A stretch of 58,236 nucleotides of DNA from assembly GCA_001724265.1 (NCBI GenBank), contig MEDY01000180.1, positions 1 through 58,236 of the forward strand, read 5' to 3'. Every line of letters begins with the position of its first letter. The stretch's first letter is position 1. Shown one piece after another: positions 33,965-44,511 of this stretch. Below the pieces are notes generated by a model, which did no database searches, had not been told where the DNA came from, and saw only the letters and a program-made list of their open reading frames with translations. The stretch is from Rhizaria sp. SCN 62-66 (lineage: Eukaryota). The position numbers and the translations under genes are program-made.

Positions 33965-36900
33965 ATGTCCAACTACAGCGACATTGACAGCGCCCGCGCT
34001 GTGGAGCAGGAGCTGGCGGCCGCTGCTGCGGTGTTTTGCGCGACGCGGACGACGTCCAACGCAACCATCACCACCAAACCCGACCACGACGCGGAGCTGG
34101 CTGCGTTTTACGCCGGCGCAAGCGTTGATTTCGCAGCCCTGCATGTGCCGCTGAAGTGGCCCGACTTGGCATCATTCAAGGGCAAGCCTGCGATAAATGA
34201 GCCGTTGATCCGCTTTCTCCCCGCGGCCAGTCCTGCGCCTTTGCTGCTGCCGCAGTACCACCGGTGGGATGACGACACCGGTGGCGTCGATGAAACTACG
34301 GACGGCGTCGTCTCCACCGCATCCTAGAGCTCCGAGAATGCAGTTAGTTCTATCGGTATGGCATCGACGGTGTTTAATCTGCCACGCAAACCGCGCAGCT
34401 CTGGGAGCCAGGCTCGCAGCGGTGCAAAAAGCAGTCCGTTCAAGTACAGCAACGACTCCCGCGGCTCGCTGCTCATTGCAGAGGCCCTGAGCGACATGTA
34501 CCTCAACGGCAAGCTCAGCGAGCACAAGGCCCGCGACGTAGTTGCAGAGCTCGCACGCGTGACACAGAACTTACCACCCTACATCGGGTCGTTCAACGGG
34601 GAGACAGGCCAGTTTGCGGTCAAGCAATCTGTCGCCGCATTCTCACGAGCGCCGGCGCCTGCACCAGCGCCTGCAGCAGCGTCAGCGCCAGAGCCCGCGG
34701 CAGCGTCAGAGCACGCGGCAGCGTTGCCGGCAGATGTGATCTATGGGAACAACGAGCTTTCACCAACAGACAATACCGACGCATTGCTGCAGTACACCGA
34801 ACCAGTCTTCCCTTTCCTCATCAAAGCCCACCGCCGCCTCACGCGCAACAGAGCACTTATTGCTCCCCAACCGGAGACAGGCGTATTTCTCGCAGAAATC
34901 TGCGACGCGAGAGCCTGGCCTTCGGTCGCAGCACTCAAGCAACTCGCGAACGTGTTTATTTCGCAGACCCCTCCACTCAATTCCAAAGAGCATCTCAGCG
35001 ATGTTGTGCTACTTGCGAACCAGCTCTACGAGTTGTTTCACCACGCCACGCGCACCGACACGAATGTCGGATTTGCGCTGCCCTGGCCCACCGGGCTTGC
35101 AGACCCGACGCTGGCCGCGCGCGCAGGTCCGCTGCTGCTGGCGCTGGCTGACGCGCGGTACCAGAACCGGCCCCAAATGCCCGCGACGGGGCCCTGGTCG
35201 GCGGTCAGGCAGCGGCAGATGTTTCTTATGAAGGCCGTGACCGCGTTGAACTTAGCTATCCACCCGATGTTGCGCTCGCTGTTCGCCGCCGACGTCGATT
35301 GGCGAAACGACTGCTCACCGGAATCTTTGGCGCTGCGTGCGGTTCAGCGGAGTGTGCCGAAGATCTTTGTCCAGGACGGGAGCCTTTTCACAATGGCGGA
35401 GCTTGAGCACATACTCGACTGCATGGCCGTGCTGTTGACAGTGGTCAACAGGTCCCGCCTGCCGCTGGTTATGGGGCGCTCGTACCCGGCCGTTGGTGGC
35501 GGCGGCGTGACATCATTCCATGAGTTGCGCTACCACTCGACCGTGCCGTCATTTCTTGCTAATTGTCTCAACCCACGCACACAGGACATGGCTGTGCAAG
35601 GCTCTGAGAGTCTGCGCAGTCAAATGCAGCTGCCGCTCCTGCCAGAGGGCGAACACGTGACGAAGTCGACTGTTGTGAGGGCGCTCGTGCGTTTATGGTA
35701 CCGCACGCGCGCGCTGCTTGTGACCGACCAGGCTGGTGTCGACGCTTGCTTCACACACTGGCATCTGCTACAGCGCGCTGTTGCTGCCAACCCAACGCTT
35801 TTAGAGATGTTTCCCACGGGTATATTGACGCCAACTGGCGTGGGAACAACGGTGCACACAATTCCAGCACTTATTGCACGTTTGCGCCTCTGTATTCCGT
35901 ACTATGCAGTTTCAGCCACTGCCCCTCTGTCTTGTAAGACGCTGCAAGAGGCTTTTACAACGATGGGCGCGTCGCAACAAGACGCGCTGCTGGTTGATTT
36001 GAGCGAGATGCTGCGATTGCTCGAGGATTTACCCTATTCTGTGTTTGAGTTCTCGCACTTTCTCACGCTCAAGAGCGCTCTGATGCCGTTCTATAACCAT
36101 CCGCAACATAAGTATCGTATTCGCCGGTTTATCGAGTTGTGTGGCAAATCGGCCGATGATATGCTCAATAGCGCGCTTTACGCGGTGTTATTTCACATAC
36201 TAAGCAAAAATCACAACGCATTTGGTAGCCCTAGTGAATACGTGACCGTGTATGCCGACTTGCGCAAAGACATCTTGCCTGCCGCATGCGCCTCGTTTGC
36301 GGCTGTCGACGCTATTGCCACGCTCGGAGCTGAGAACGAGTCGCAGTAGCAAATGAGCACCCGAGTCACTGCGGGCTTGGCGAAGCGGGATCCTAGAGCT
36401 CCTAACCAGGGCCTCTTGGTTGATTCCATATGGTATTTTTCTTTCGACTCGATTCCAGCGTCTTCACTAGCGTCCATAGACCTCGAGGCGCTCGACTGCG
36501 ATGACTTTTTCATCGGCCAGGTACTGCTCTCGACCATCTGGCGCTGCGACCCGTGGGGGCTGGCACGCATGTATAATAAGCCGACACCGATCAATTGGCG
36601 CCTATCCTACCTTGCTTTTAGCTTCGGGACTGTTCCATTCCTTCATAAAGATGATAAGTTGAGCACTAACGGGGTGGCCGGCGAACAGACCTTTGTGACG
36701 CCACTGTTTGGATGCTCTTTCGACCTCATCCCAGGTTTTTCATCGGCGGTGGAGACCTGGGCCTTCAGGTCCGGTGCCAGTGCCGCTGATTTTCGGACCA
36801 GGAAATTCTCGGTGATGAGCGCGCTGGCGCTTGTGGCACACCCGCTATTTAGCAATGCGCTCCTGCTCGAGGCAAAGTCCGTGGCGGATTTGTCGAGCCA

Positions 36901-38533
36901 TATCGGCGGGCTGTACTGCGAGATGATGGGCGTGCTGCACAAGAGCGTATACACAGGGGTGTTCAACGACGGCAAACTGCTGGACACATTCTTGGACACG
37001 GTTGGGCGGCTGCTCTCTGGGTGCAACCGCGTTGGCAAATTGCATCTGCGACATAACAACTTATCCGATGCGACTGGCGATGCATCGCCCCTCCGCCCGA
37101 ATGTGGGTTCGGTCCATCAGTCTTTGCGGTTCGTGCCAGGATTGCTTTGTGCGGGCTCAGCGGCCGAGAAGGACAGGACTGACGAGGCCATACTGGTGGG
37201 GCTGCCGCTGGATTTTTTTCCCGCTAATACGCGTGAAATGAGCGATATGTGCTTTATTTTACGCCTTCGACTCTGGTACCGGTTGCGCTTTGTTCCATGT
37301 CGCAGTGCACGCGAGATCGTCGTCCTTAGCCGGCTGCACGCGTCTTTGATGCGCAATGATGCTGAGTTAACCCATGCTCGCTTGCACAGCGGCGATGCTC
37401 TATCTGGTACCAAGAGTGCGACAGATACGGAGTCCATGGCGCAGGAGTTGGTGTCAAAACTCACAAGTTACCTCGTTTCTAGCGGCGCGCGAGATATTTA
37501 CCTGCTGCTGGATACCGTTCAAGGTGCGCTGTGGGCGATGGGGGCCACGCAGAGCGACTTGCCAGCTCGAGACGTCTGGTGGTTCCGCGAGCTGTTTCGC
37601 GCACTATCATATGATCTTGGGATCACATTCCCTCAGCAGACACTTCGAGAACTTTGCGAGTACGCCGCAAGCGAGGCCGTGCCAGTTTTCGAGCACACTG
37701 TCTCGGAGGTTTTCCGCGTGTCCACAGAGATGACTCTCGCTACTCGGGACACTGCGGGTGATGAACTTGATCCGACGCGCGACACGAACGTTATGGAGAT
37801 CGAGATGAATCCGTCAATGATGAAGGCCTTCTCAATTGCGCTGATGTGGCTCCACAGTTAGCGGTACGGCGACCCGCAGCGGGCGTCAGCTGCACTTACA
37901 GTGCAACGCCGACTTTTCCCGTTGGAGGCGAGCTCCAACACTGAAGCATGCAGTCGGAAGCAGCTGTACAGCTCCGTGGCCGACCGCCGCCGCGAGACCG
38001 ACACGTCGTTCCCCTGGCCGTTCCGCACGTGCGCCAAGGACATCCCGCGCGAGCGCGAGGCCTTGCGGCGCATCGCCAAAATGAACGCGCATCATGATCG
38101 TGATTTCGCGAAAAAGACAAGGATTCATGACTTGACGATCCAGGCTCAGACGCGGCTTCAGGTGGGTGGCTTTTGGAAGCAGCTCATCTCCCAACTCGAG
38201 CACAAAGGTCCGCTGCACGATGCGACGTTACGAGAGTTTGCTCGCCAAATGCAGCGCCCAAGTGCGAGTGGTGTGTGGCGGAGCAAGAGTGACCACGCAC
38301 TTTACCAGGGCTCGACACTCAAAGGGTTCAAGCATGGGCGCGGCGTGCAGCGCCACTCCGACGGCACAGTGGAGCGCGGCAGATGGGCTGGTGGAGTCAT
38401 GATGGGGGCTTTCGAGATTGAGAGACCCGGAGAACCGCTTGCGCGAGTTACGTACGCGACTGGCAAGGTGACGGGCGTGGTCACAGCGGTCGACGCAGGC
38501 GCCGTTGGGGCGTTATTGATGAGGTTCGTGTGA
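33965..38533 (+). CDS. Single 1522-codon reading frame with three in-frame TAG codons (34325, 36347, 37859): an unknown tandem-duplicated domain plus C-terminal MORN repeats
   Basis: The track ORFs 33965-34327, 34358-36349, 36353-37861 and 37901-38533 are all in one frame. The gaps (30, 3, 39 nt) are stop-free and each break is a TAG. C-terminal YQGSTLKGFKHGRGVQRHSDGTVERGRWAGG is MORN-like. Ends in TGA. Confidence 0.7.
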
Positions 38534-38972
38534 CGGCGTGTGTCTCTGTCCCCTCACGCATTCCTCGTCTGGCGGATTTTAAGTTATTTAGCCACAACAT
38601 GTCTTTTAAATGAATGTAGTTCTATATTTAGCCTATTTTATTGAATATAAATGCTTAAATAACCCGATTACATGTTGGGGTTGTCTATGAAAGCAAGTGT
38701 CTGTCACGCGTAGCGAGTGTAACAACCTTCTGTGAATGCTCTAGGATATCACACTAACACGAGTTTCTATCACAATTCTCAAGTAAAAAACATATAAAAT
38801 GACACGAATATTATAAAACAATCATTTATTCAATACACAATTAATTTGATATGCTAGCTAAGATTCATATGATAAACTTGGTTATATTGATACCCCCAAC
38901 GAATGACTGAAAGTCGCGGCGGCCGGTAATCCCCTCGGCACCGTCACCGTCACCGTTCCAGCCATCGTCAAC

Positions 38973-41020
38973 TCACTCGTCGTCGCTCATCTCATCGACC
39001 GGAAGCTGCTCGACCCTGAGCCAGAGATTGTCGCGCGCCACCCAGCGCAACGCGTCGTTGAGGCTGACGACGCCCAGCACGTTTCCGCGCTGCATCAGCC
39101 CGGGCTCGCAGTCGCCGACGGGCATGGCGCCGGGCAGCCCGCGCACGGCCCACACGTGGTGCAGCCGCTGCCACTTGAACAGCGCCAGCAGCTCGCCGAA
39201 CGGGATCGTGTCGGGCACGGCCCAGCCGCCCAGCGCGGAGGGCGCGAAGATGGACAGGTAGTCGCCCACCGTCAGCTCAAGGCGCTGATCCAGGTATTGG
39301 CGCACGGACACGCCGGGTCCGCCAGAGGCCGTGGGGCTCAGCACGGTCGGCGTCAGCGCGGAGGCGCCCGTCAGCGCCGCGGGCACGTGCGCGCTCAAGC
39401 CGCTGGCGCTGTTGCGGCTGCCGTTGCTGTCCCCCGCGGACGCGGTCGCCGTTGCGGTCACCGCGACGGCGGGCGCGGAGGACGAGAACGACATCTCGGC
39501 CGCAGACACGTTGCCGAAGTCGCCAACACTCGCCGCGCTGGCTTCCGCGTCCATGCCCGCGCCCACGGCGGCGCTGGCGCTGGTGACAAGGCTGCCCGCG
39601 CGCACCGCGCCCGCACTCTGCTTCACGGCGGCGGCGCTGGCGGCATAGTTAGCGTCGTCGGCGGCGTCCGCGGCAGCTTTGGCGGCGGCAGCCTTGGCCG
39701 TGACGGCGGCCGCGCTAGCGCCGAGCAGCGCGCCGACCGAGGCCAGCAGCTCGGCGCCGCTGGCCGTACTCTCTTCGCTCAACACACTCGGCGCGCCGGC
39801 GGCCGTAGAGGTCTTGGCGGCGACCGCCGCGGCAACACTGGCGTCGTGCTTGTGCGCGTTGCTGTTGCTGTTCGCGGTTGCAGCCGTGGCAGCGGCAGCA
39901 GCGGGCGCGGGCGCGGGCGCAGGGAGCGCGTCGATGGCGGTCTGCTTGAGCGCCGAGGCGTCGAGGTGGCCCGCGAGACGGCCCGTCTTGCGGTCGAACA
40001 CGGCCACGAGCATCGACGCGAAGTCGAACCCTTCCGTGGTGCTCACAGTGCCCGCGCTCGCGCCGGCACCGCTGCTGCTCGCGGAGCCGCCGGAGGGGCC
40101 GCTGGCGTTCTGGCCGCGGTAGCCCTCGATGGCGGCCGCGGCCTCGACCAGCGGGTCGTCCAGGTAGGCCACGTGCGAGGGCCGCGAGATGTGGGAGGAA
40201 AAGCAGTTGATCGGCAGCGCGGCGACGCGCAGAACGCGGGAGTAGACGTCGTTCTCGTCGTCGGCGGCGTCGGCGCTGGCGTCGCGGCTGTCGTCGCCGT
40301 TGTCAGAGTCCGAGTCTGAGTCGCTAGCCGCAGCCTTGCTGCCGGCGCCGCGGCGGCTGTGCGCGGACGCCAGCGTCGTCGTCGGGGCCGCGCTGTCGGC
40401 GCCGCCGCTGCTCTTGATGGTCCGCGCGTCGCTGATGAACTGGTGTAGGTGGGCGACCAGGTCGGACTCTGAGAAGACGCAGTAGAGAGCGTAGCTGCCT
40501 TCCGACTCGAACGCGACGGTGCGGTGGCAGCCAGGCGCAAGAATGGTGATGACGGCGTGCAGGGAGGAGGTGGAGAAGATGGGGATGTAGGGGTTGACCT
40601 GGGAGGCGTTGATGAAGTGCTCGACGCTGGTTTGGCACACCTCGGTGATGTCGCTGCTCGAGAGGTGGTTGCGCAGGAAGCGGACAACGTCGAGGCCGTC
40701 AACCAGGCCAAGGCAGTCGTCATCGTCGTCGAGAACGGGGAACGAGAGCACGTTGTGCTGGCGCAGCATCAGCACCACGTCGGCCATCGTGTTGGTGGCG
40801 CGGAGGAACTTGACCGGACTGGGGCGCTTCACGTCGTACACGCGCGTCGACAAAAGCATCTCCATGAACGGGTTCGGCACTATATCGGGCGTAAAAAAGC
40901 AACGGATCCAGGTGTAAGCTACGTGGACACTGGCGGTGCGTGGTGTAGAGTTGGACTTTGGGGTAGATTTGGAGCGAAAAAAGAGGACGTACCGCGGGCG
41001 AGTTCTGAGTCGGAGGACAT
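38973..41020 (-). CDS. CBS-domain protein (AMPK-gamma/Sds23-like), 644 aa. Exons 41020-40993, 40879-38973
   Basis: CBS motifs LRQHNVLSFPVLD...LGLVDGLDVV, GCHRTVAF...FSESDLV, RLHHVWAV...LGVVSLNDAL. Intron 40992-40880 (GTACGT..TAG); stop is TGA. Confidence 0.8.
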
Positions 41021-41376
41021 GTGGGAAAGTGCTGAGAGACCTGCGTGGATGCAGTCTTGCGACAATATGAATTTAAAGCTACAGAGAAAACTGTCGGCAA
41101 ACTACGGACAGCTTTGTCGCAGTGCTATTTGACGTCCAGGAACGCGAGATCAGAACGAAATGCGACTGCCACCACAAGAACCTTTCGCTCTTCTCCCACG
41201 CCTGTTCAATCACCGTTGACTTCTTCCCAATGCATACACCACTTACTTTGATCGTTAACGAGAAATTAACAAGTATTTATGGACCCAAAGCTGACGAATA
41301 TACACTTTCTCTTTTACAAAATTTGTGTAGTCTTCTCACTTGCTGTAGATATCTTCGTTCTAAGGAGCGCAGTGTG

Positions 41377-43866
41377 ATGTCACAATCTCTCCCTTCCGCT
41401 TCGTCGCCCGTCGCTGCACCTGCTGCAGCGCGCGCCCCCGCACCCGCGCTGCTGGGCGAGGACGTTTTGGCGATGCAGTTGGCCCACTTGGGCGTGCGCC
41501 ACGTCTTCGGCGTGGTCGGCATCCCTGTCGTGGGCTTCTCGCACGCGTGCCAGCGCGCCGGCATCAGCTTTTTCTCCTTCCGTAACGAGCAGTCAGCGAG
41601 CTACGCCGCCGCGACCTACGGCTACCTCACGGGCCGCCCCGGCGTGTGTCTATGCGTCTCTGGCCCCGGCGTTGTACACGCACTGGCCGGGCTCGCCAAC
41701 GCACAGGTCAACGCCTGGCCCATGCTCCTGCTGGGCGGCTCCCACCGGCTCAGCGACACGCACCGCGGCGCCTTCCAGGAGGCCCCCGCGACGCACGGTG
41801 CCATGGTTGCACCCTACGTCAAGTTTGCCGCGTGTCCTGTGGACCTGGAGCACGCCGCGTACTGCTTCACCAAGGCCCACGCGGCCGCGGTCGGCGGCAG
41901 GCCCGGACCTGTGTACATTGAGCTCAGCGAGACACTGCTCACGCTACCCGTTGCACACAACACGAACAGCTCCGACAATAGTAGCGCGACTCACAAGAGT
42001 ATTAACCACGATGTCAGCACTTTTGCGTTGGATAAGAGCGTGTATGACTCGTTTATTCTCCCTGCGCCATGGTCCCCCCGGCCCGTGCGCCTGCTCCCGG
42101 CGCCCGCCAACCCGGCCGCCGTGACCGCCGCGGCCGCCGCGCTCACCCGCGCGCGGCGCCCGCTGCTGTACCTGGGCAAGGGCGCCGCGGCCTCGGCCTC
42201 TGCCCCCGCGGCCGCTCTCGCGCTGTGTTCCAGGTTCGGCATTCCGTTCCTCGCCGCGCCCATGGCAAAGGGCGTGATCGATGACGACCACGCGCTGTGC
42301 GCGGGGGCCGCGCGCTCGCGGGCGCTGGCGCAGGCCGACGTCGTTGTGCTGGCGGGCGCGCGCGCGGGGTGGATGCTGCGCCACGGCAAGGGGCTCGCGG
42401 CCAAGGGCCCGCTCACGGTCATCCAGATCGATGTAAGTGGCGAGGAGGTCGGCTCAGTGGGGCTCGTCGCGCCGCAGCCCCGCTTTGGCACCGCTTCCGG
42501 ATCCGCTGCCGCCGTCAACGGCCCATGCGCTCTCAGCGACGCGATTGCGCTGCAGGGCGACGTGGGCCTGGTGCTGGGTCAGCTCGACCGCGAGCTCTCG
42601 AAGCCTCAGGACGCCGCCGTCACTGCGAGTGCTGCTGGCGTAAGCGCAGACCGTGAGCAGTGGGTGCGCGCGCTGCTAAAGCTGGCCGCCGCGTCCAAGG
42701 CCAAGCTCGACGCCAAGATTGCCCGCGACATTCTCGCCTCGACGCCAACAACACAACAGTCCCAGTCCCAGTCGCAGCCACTCGGTGCTGCACAGGCACG
42801 TCAGCCGCAGTCGCACTCGCCGCCCCCTGCGCTGGAGCGCGCTGCGCTGATGTCGTACCACGCGGCGCTCGGCACTCTGCAGCCGCTGATCCCGCCGACC
42901 GCGACGCTCGTCACCGAAGGCGCCAACACGATGGACAACGCGCGGCTTATCTTACCGTCGCACCGCCCGCGGCACCGGCTTGACGCGGGCGCCTTTGCCA
43001 CCATGGGGCCCTCGATCGGCGCCGTGCTCGCCGCGTTCGTCGCCCGCTCAGAGCCCGACACTGAGTCCGCTTCTGCGGTGCCGCTGGTGGTGGGCGTGTT
43101 CGGCGACTCGTCCTTCGGCTTTGCGGCCATGGACGTCGAGACGCTGGCGCGCTACCGTGTCCCCGCAGTGCTTTTCGTGATAAACAACAACGGCATCTAC
43201 AGCGGCAGCGACACCATCGCCAATGGGCTCGCTGAAGAGGCGCACGACGCGCGGGCCCAGCTTACGGTCACCACGTGCGCCAATAACAATAACAATCGCG
43301 ACCGTGACAGCGACTCTGCTGGCGGCTGTGACGGCCGCAGTGGGGTGGCGGGCTCCATCTCGCCCTACCATCCGCACAACAGCGCGGTCTCAGCCCTGCC
43401 TCACAGTCACTCTGCTCACGGTCACTCTGCTCACAGTCACTCTGCTCACAGTTGCAGCCCCTCTGCTTCCGGCCCCGGGGCACCCGTGGCGGCGTCGCTG
43501 CCAACCACGGCGCTGACGCCGCACCTGCGCTACGACGCACTGGCCGTTGCGCTGGGCGCGCATCCCACGCTGAGCTGCACCGTAACCACCCCCGCCGCGC
43601 TGGCTGCGGCCGCGCAGCGCGCGTTTGAGGCCGTCGCCGAGCACAATAACAGCATCAGCAACAGCAACAATGCGAGTGTGTTGCTGCCGGTGGTGATCAA
43701 CGTCATTATCACACCAGAGGGCGCCGGCGCGGCCAAGCTCAAGTCCACCGATGCCTTCTTTGGCGGCAGCGGTAAGGCGACTGCTACTGCTACTGCTGCT
43801 GCTGCTGCTGCTGCTGCTGAGAGTGTGGGCAACACCATCAAGACGACACTGACGGCGGCGCTGTAA
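41377..43866 (+). CDS. HACL1: 2-hydroxyacyl-CoA lyase / oxalyl-CoA decarboxylase family TPP enzyme, 829 aa
   Basis: VFGVVGIPV, FRNEQSASYAA, GVCLCVSGPGVVHALAGLANA, GRPGPVYIE, EGANTMD, HRLDAGAFATMG, and TPP motif GDSSFGF...VINNNGIY. Stop is TAA. Confidence 0.9.
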   Translation: MSQSLPSASSPVAAPAAARAPAPALLGEDVLAMQLAHLGVRHVFGVVGIPVVGFSHACQRAGISFFSFRNEQSASYAAATYGYLTGRPGVCLCVSGPGVVHALAGLANAQVNAWPMLLLGGSHRLSDTHRGAFQEAPATHGAMVAPYVKFAACPVDLEHAAYCFTKAHAAAVGGRPGPVYIELSETLLTLPVAHNTNSSDNSSATHKSINHDVSTFALDKSVYDSFILPAPWSPRPVRLLPAPANPAAVTAAAAALTRARRPLLYLGKGAAASASAPAAALALCSRFGIPFLAAPMAKGVIDDDHALCAGAARSRALAQADVVVLAGARAGWMLRHGKGLAAKGPLTVIQIDVSGEEVGSVGLVAPQPRFGTASGSAAAVNGPCALSDAIALQGDVGLVLGQLDRELSKPQDAAVTASAAGVSADREQWVRALLKLAAASKAKLDAKIARDILASTPTTQQSQSQSQPLGAAQARQPQSHSPPPALERAALMSYHAALGTLQPLIPPTATLVTEGANTMDNARLILPSHRPRHRLDAGAFATMGPSIGAVLAAFVARSEPDTESASAVPLVVGVFGDSSFGFAAMDVETLARYRVPAVLFVINNNGIYSGSDTIANGLAEEAHDARAQLTVTTCANNNNNRDRDSDSAGGCDGRSGVAGSISPYHPHNSAVSALPHSHSAHGHSAHSHSAHSCSPSASGPGAPVAASLPTTALTPHLRYDALAVALGAHPTLSCTVTTPAALAAAAQRAFEAVAEHNNSISNSNNASVLLPVVINVIITPEGAGAAKLKSTDAFFGGSGKATATATAAAAAAAAESVGNTIKTTLTAAL
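43400..43451 (+). repeat. 15-bp tandem repeat CTCACRGTCACTCTG x3.5 inside HACL1, a member of a dispersed repeat family
   Basis: Directly visible. The reverse complement (CAGAGTGACCGTGAG) recurs at about 4557-4592, 7379-7416, 24858-24871 and 26357-26400. Confidence 0.85.
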
Positions 43867-44511
43867 TGCACCGCTCTGAGTTTTGCATGTATTTATACAT
43901 GTACATGTACAGTACATGTATGGACATTGTATAGTGCAACTGACGATGACGAGTGGGTCGTTGAGAACTGCCTGGTTTGTGAGCGACATATCGCACTTTG
44001 GAATTTAAGAACTATATTTTCACGTACTAACACTTTTACAATATACAAAATCGATAATTATATTTGAAAACCCCCCATTTAGATTGTTTTACTGTTCCTT
44101 AATGTACTTTGCGCAATTCGTGGTGGCACTGACACATCGGCTGGACACTGTAGTTGCGGTAACAGTCAGACTCACGTGACTGGCGACCCGGCTTGCAAGA
44201 GGGTGATGGCGTCTCAATTCCCAGGTTTGGAAACATGGCTTTGCGGCGTCAACACACGTTAATATCAGATGGTGCCATTTTGCAAAGATACTTGGGTCAC
44301 AGTCATATTGAATTGTCGTGGTAATTATTCTCCGAGGCGGACTGAGTGCCCTTTTATGAATGCCGGAAAAGTGTCAAAACGACCCCATCATCTTATTGCC
44401 CCTTCCATTTTCCGCATTTTCCTCTTATACCCACGCTTATCCTCCTCAATTTGGTTTGTTTTTGACATCCACCAATATAACATCACAGGCTTCTGTTCCT
44501 GGAAGCATTCT

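Noticed and set aside
34325-37861. Pyrrolysine or selenocysteine insertion
   Set aside because: Selenocysteine uses UGA. Pyrrolysine is not known in eukaryotic nuclear genes and no pyl genes or methylamine methyltransferase are present.
33965-38533. A bacterial or viral operon of four genes
   Set aside because: No Shine-Dalgarno-like sites or viral/mobile hallmark genes. The last ORF has no nearby ATG. Identical frame and identical TAG at every junction is better explained by one reading frame.
41122-41376. N-terminal extensions given by the ORF track for HACL1 (also 10402-10488, 44269-44511, 53385)
   Set aside because: These are non-ATG or AT-rich UTR/intron-like stretches; downstream or spliced ATGs fit better.
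43400-43451. CRISPR-like or His-rich metal-binding repeat
   Set aside because: No spacers, and the context is eukaryotic. The same DNA is read in non-His frames elsewhere, so it is treated as a DNA-level repeat.
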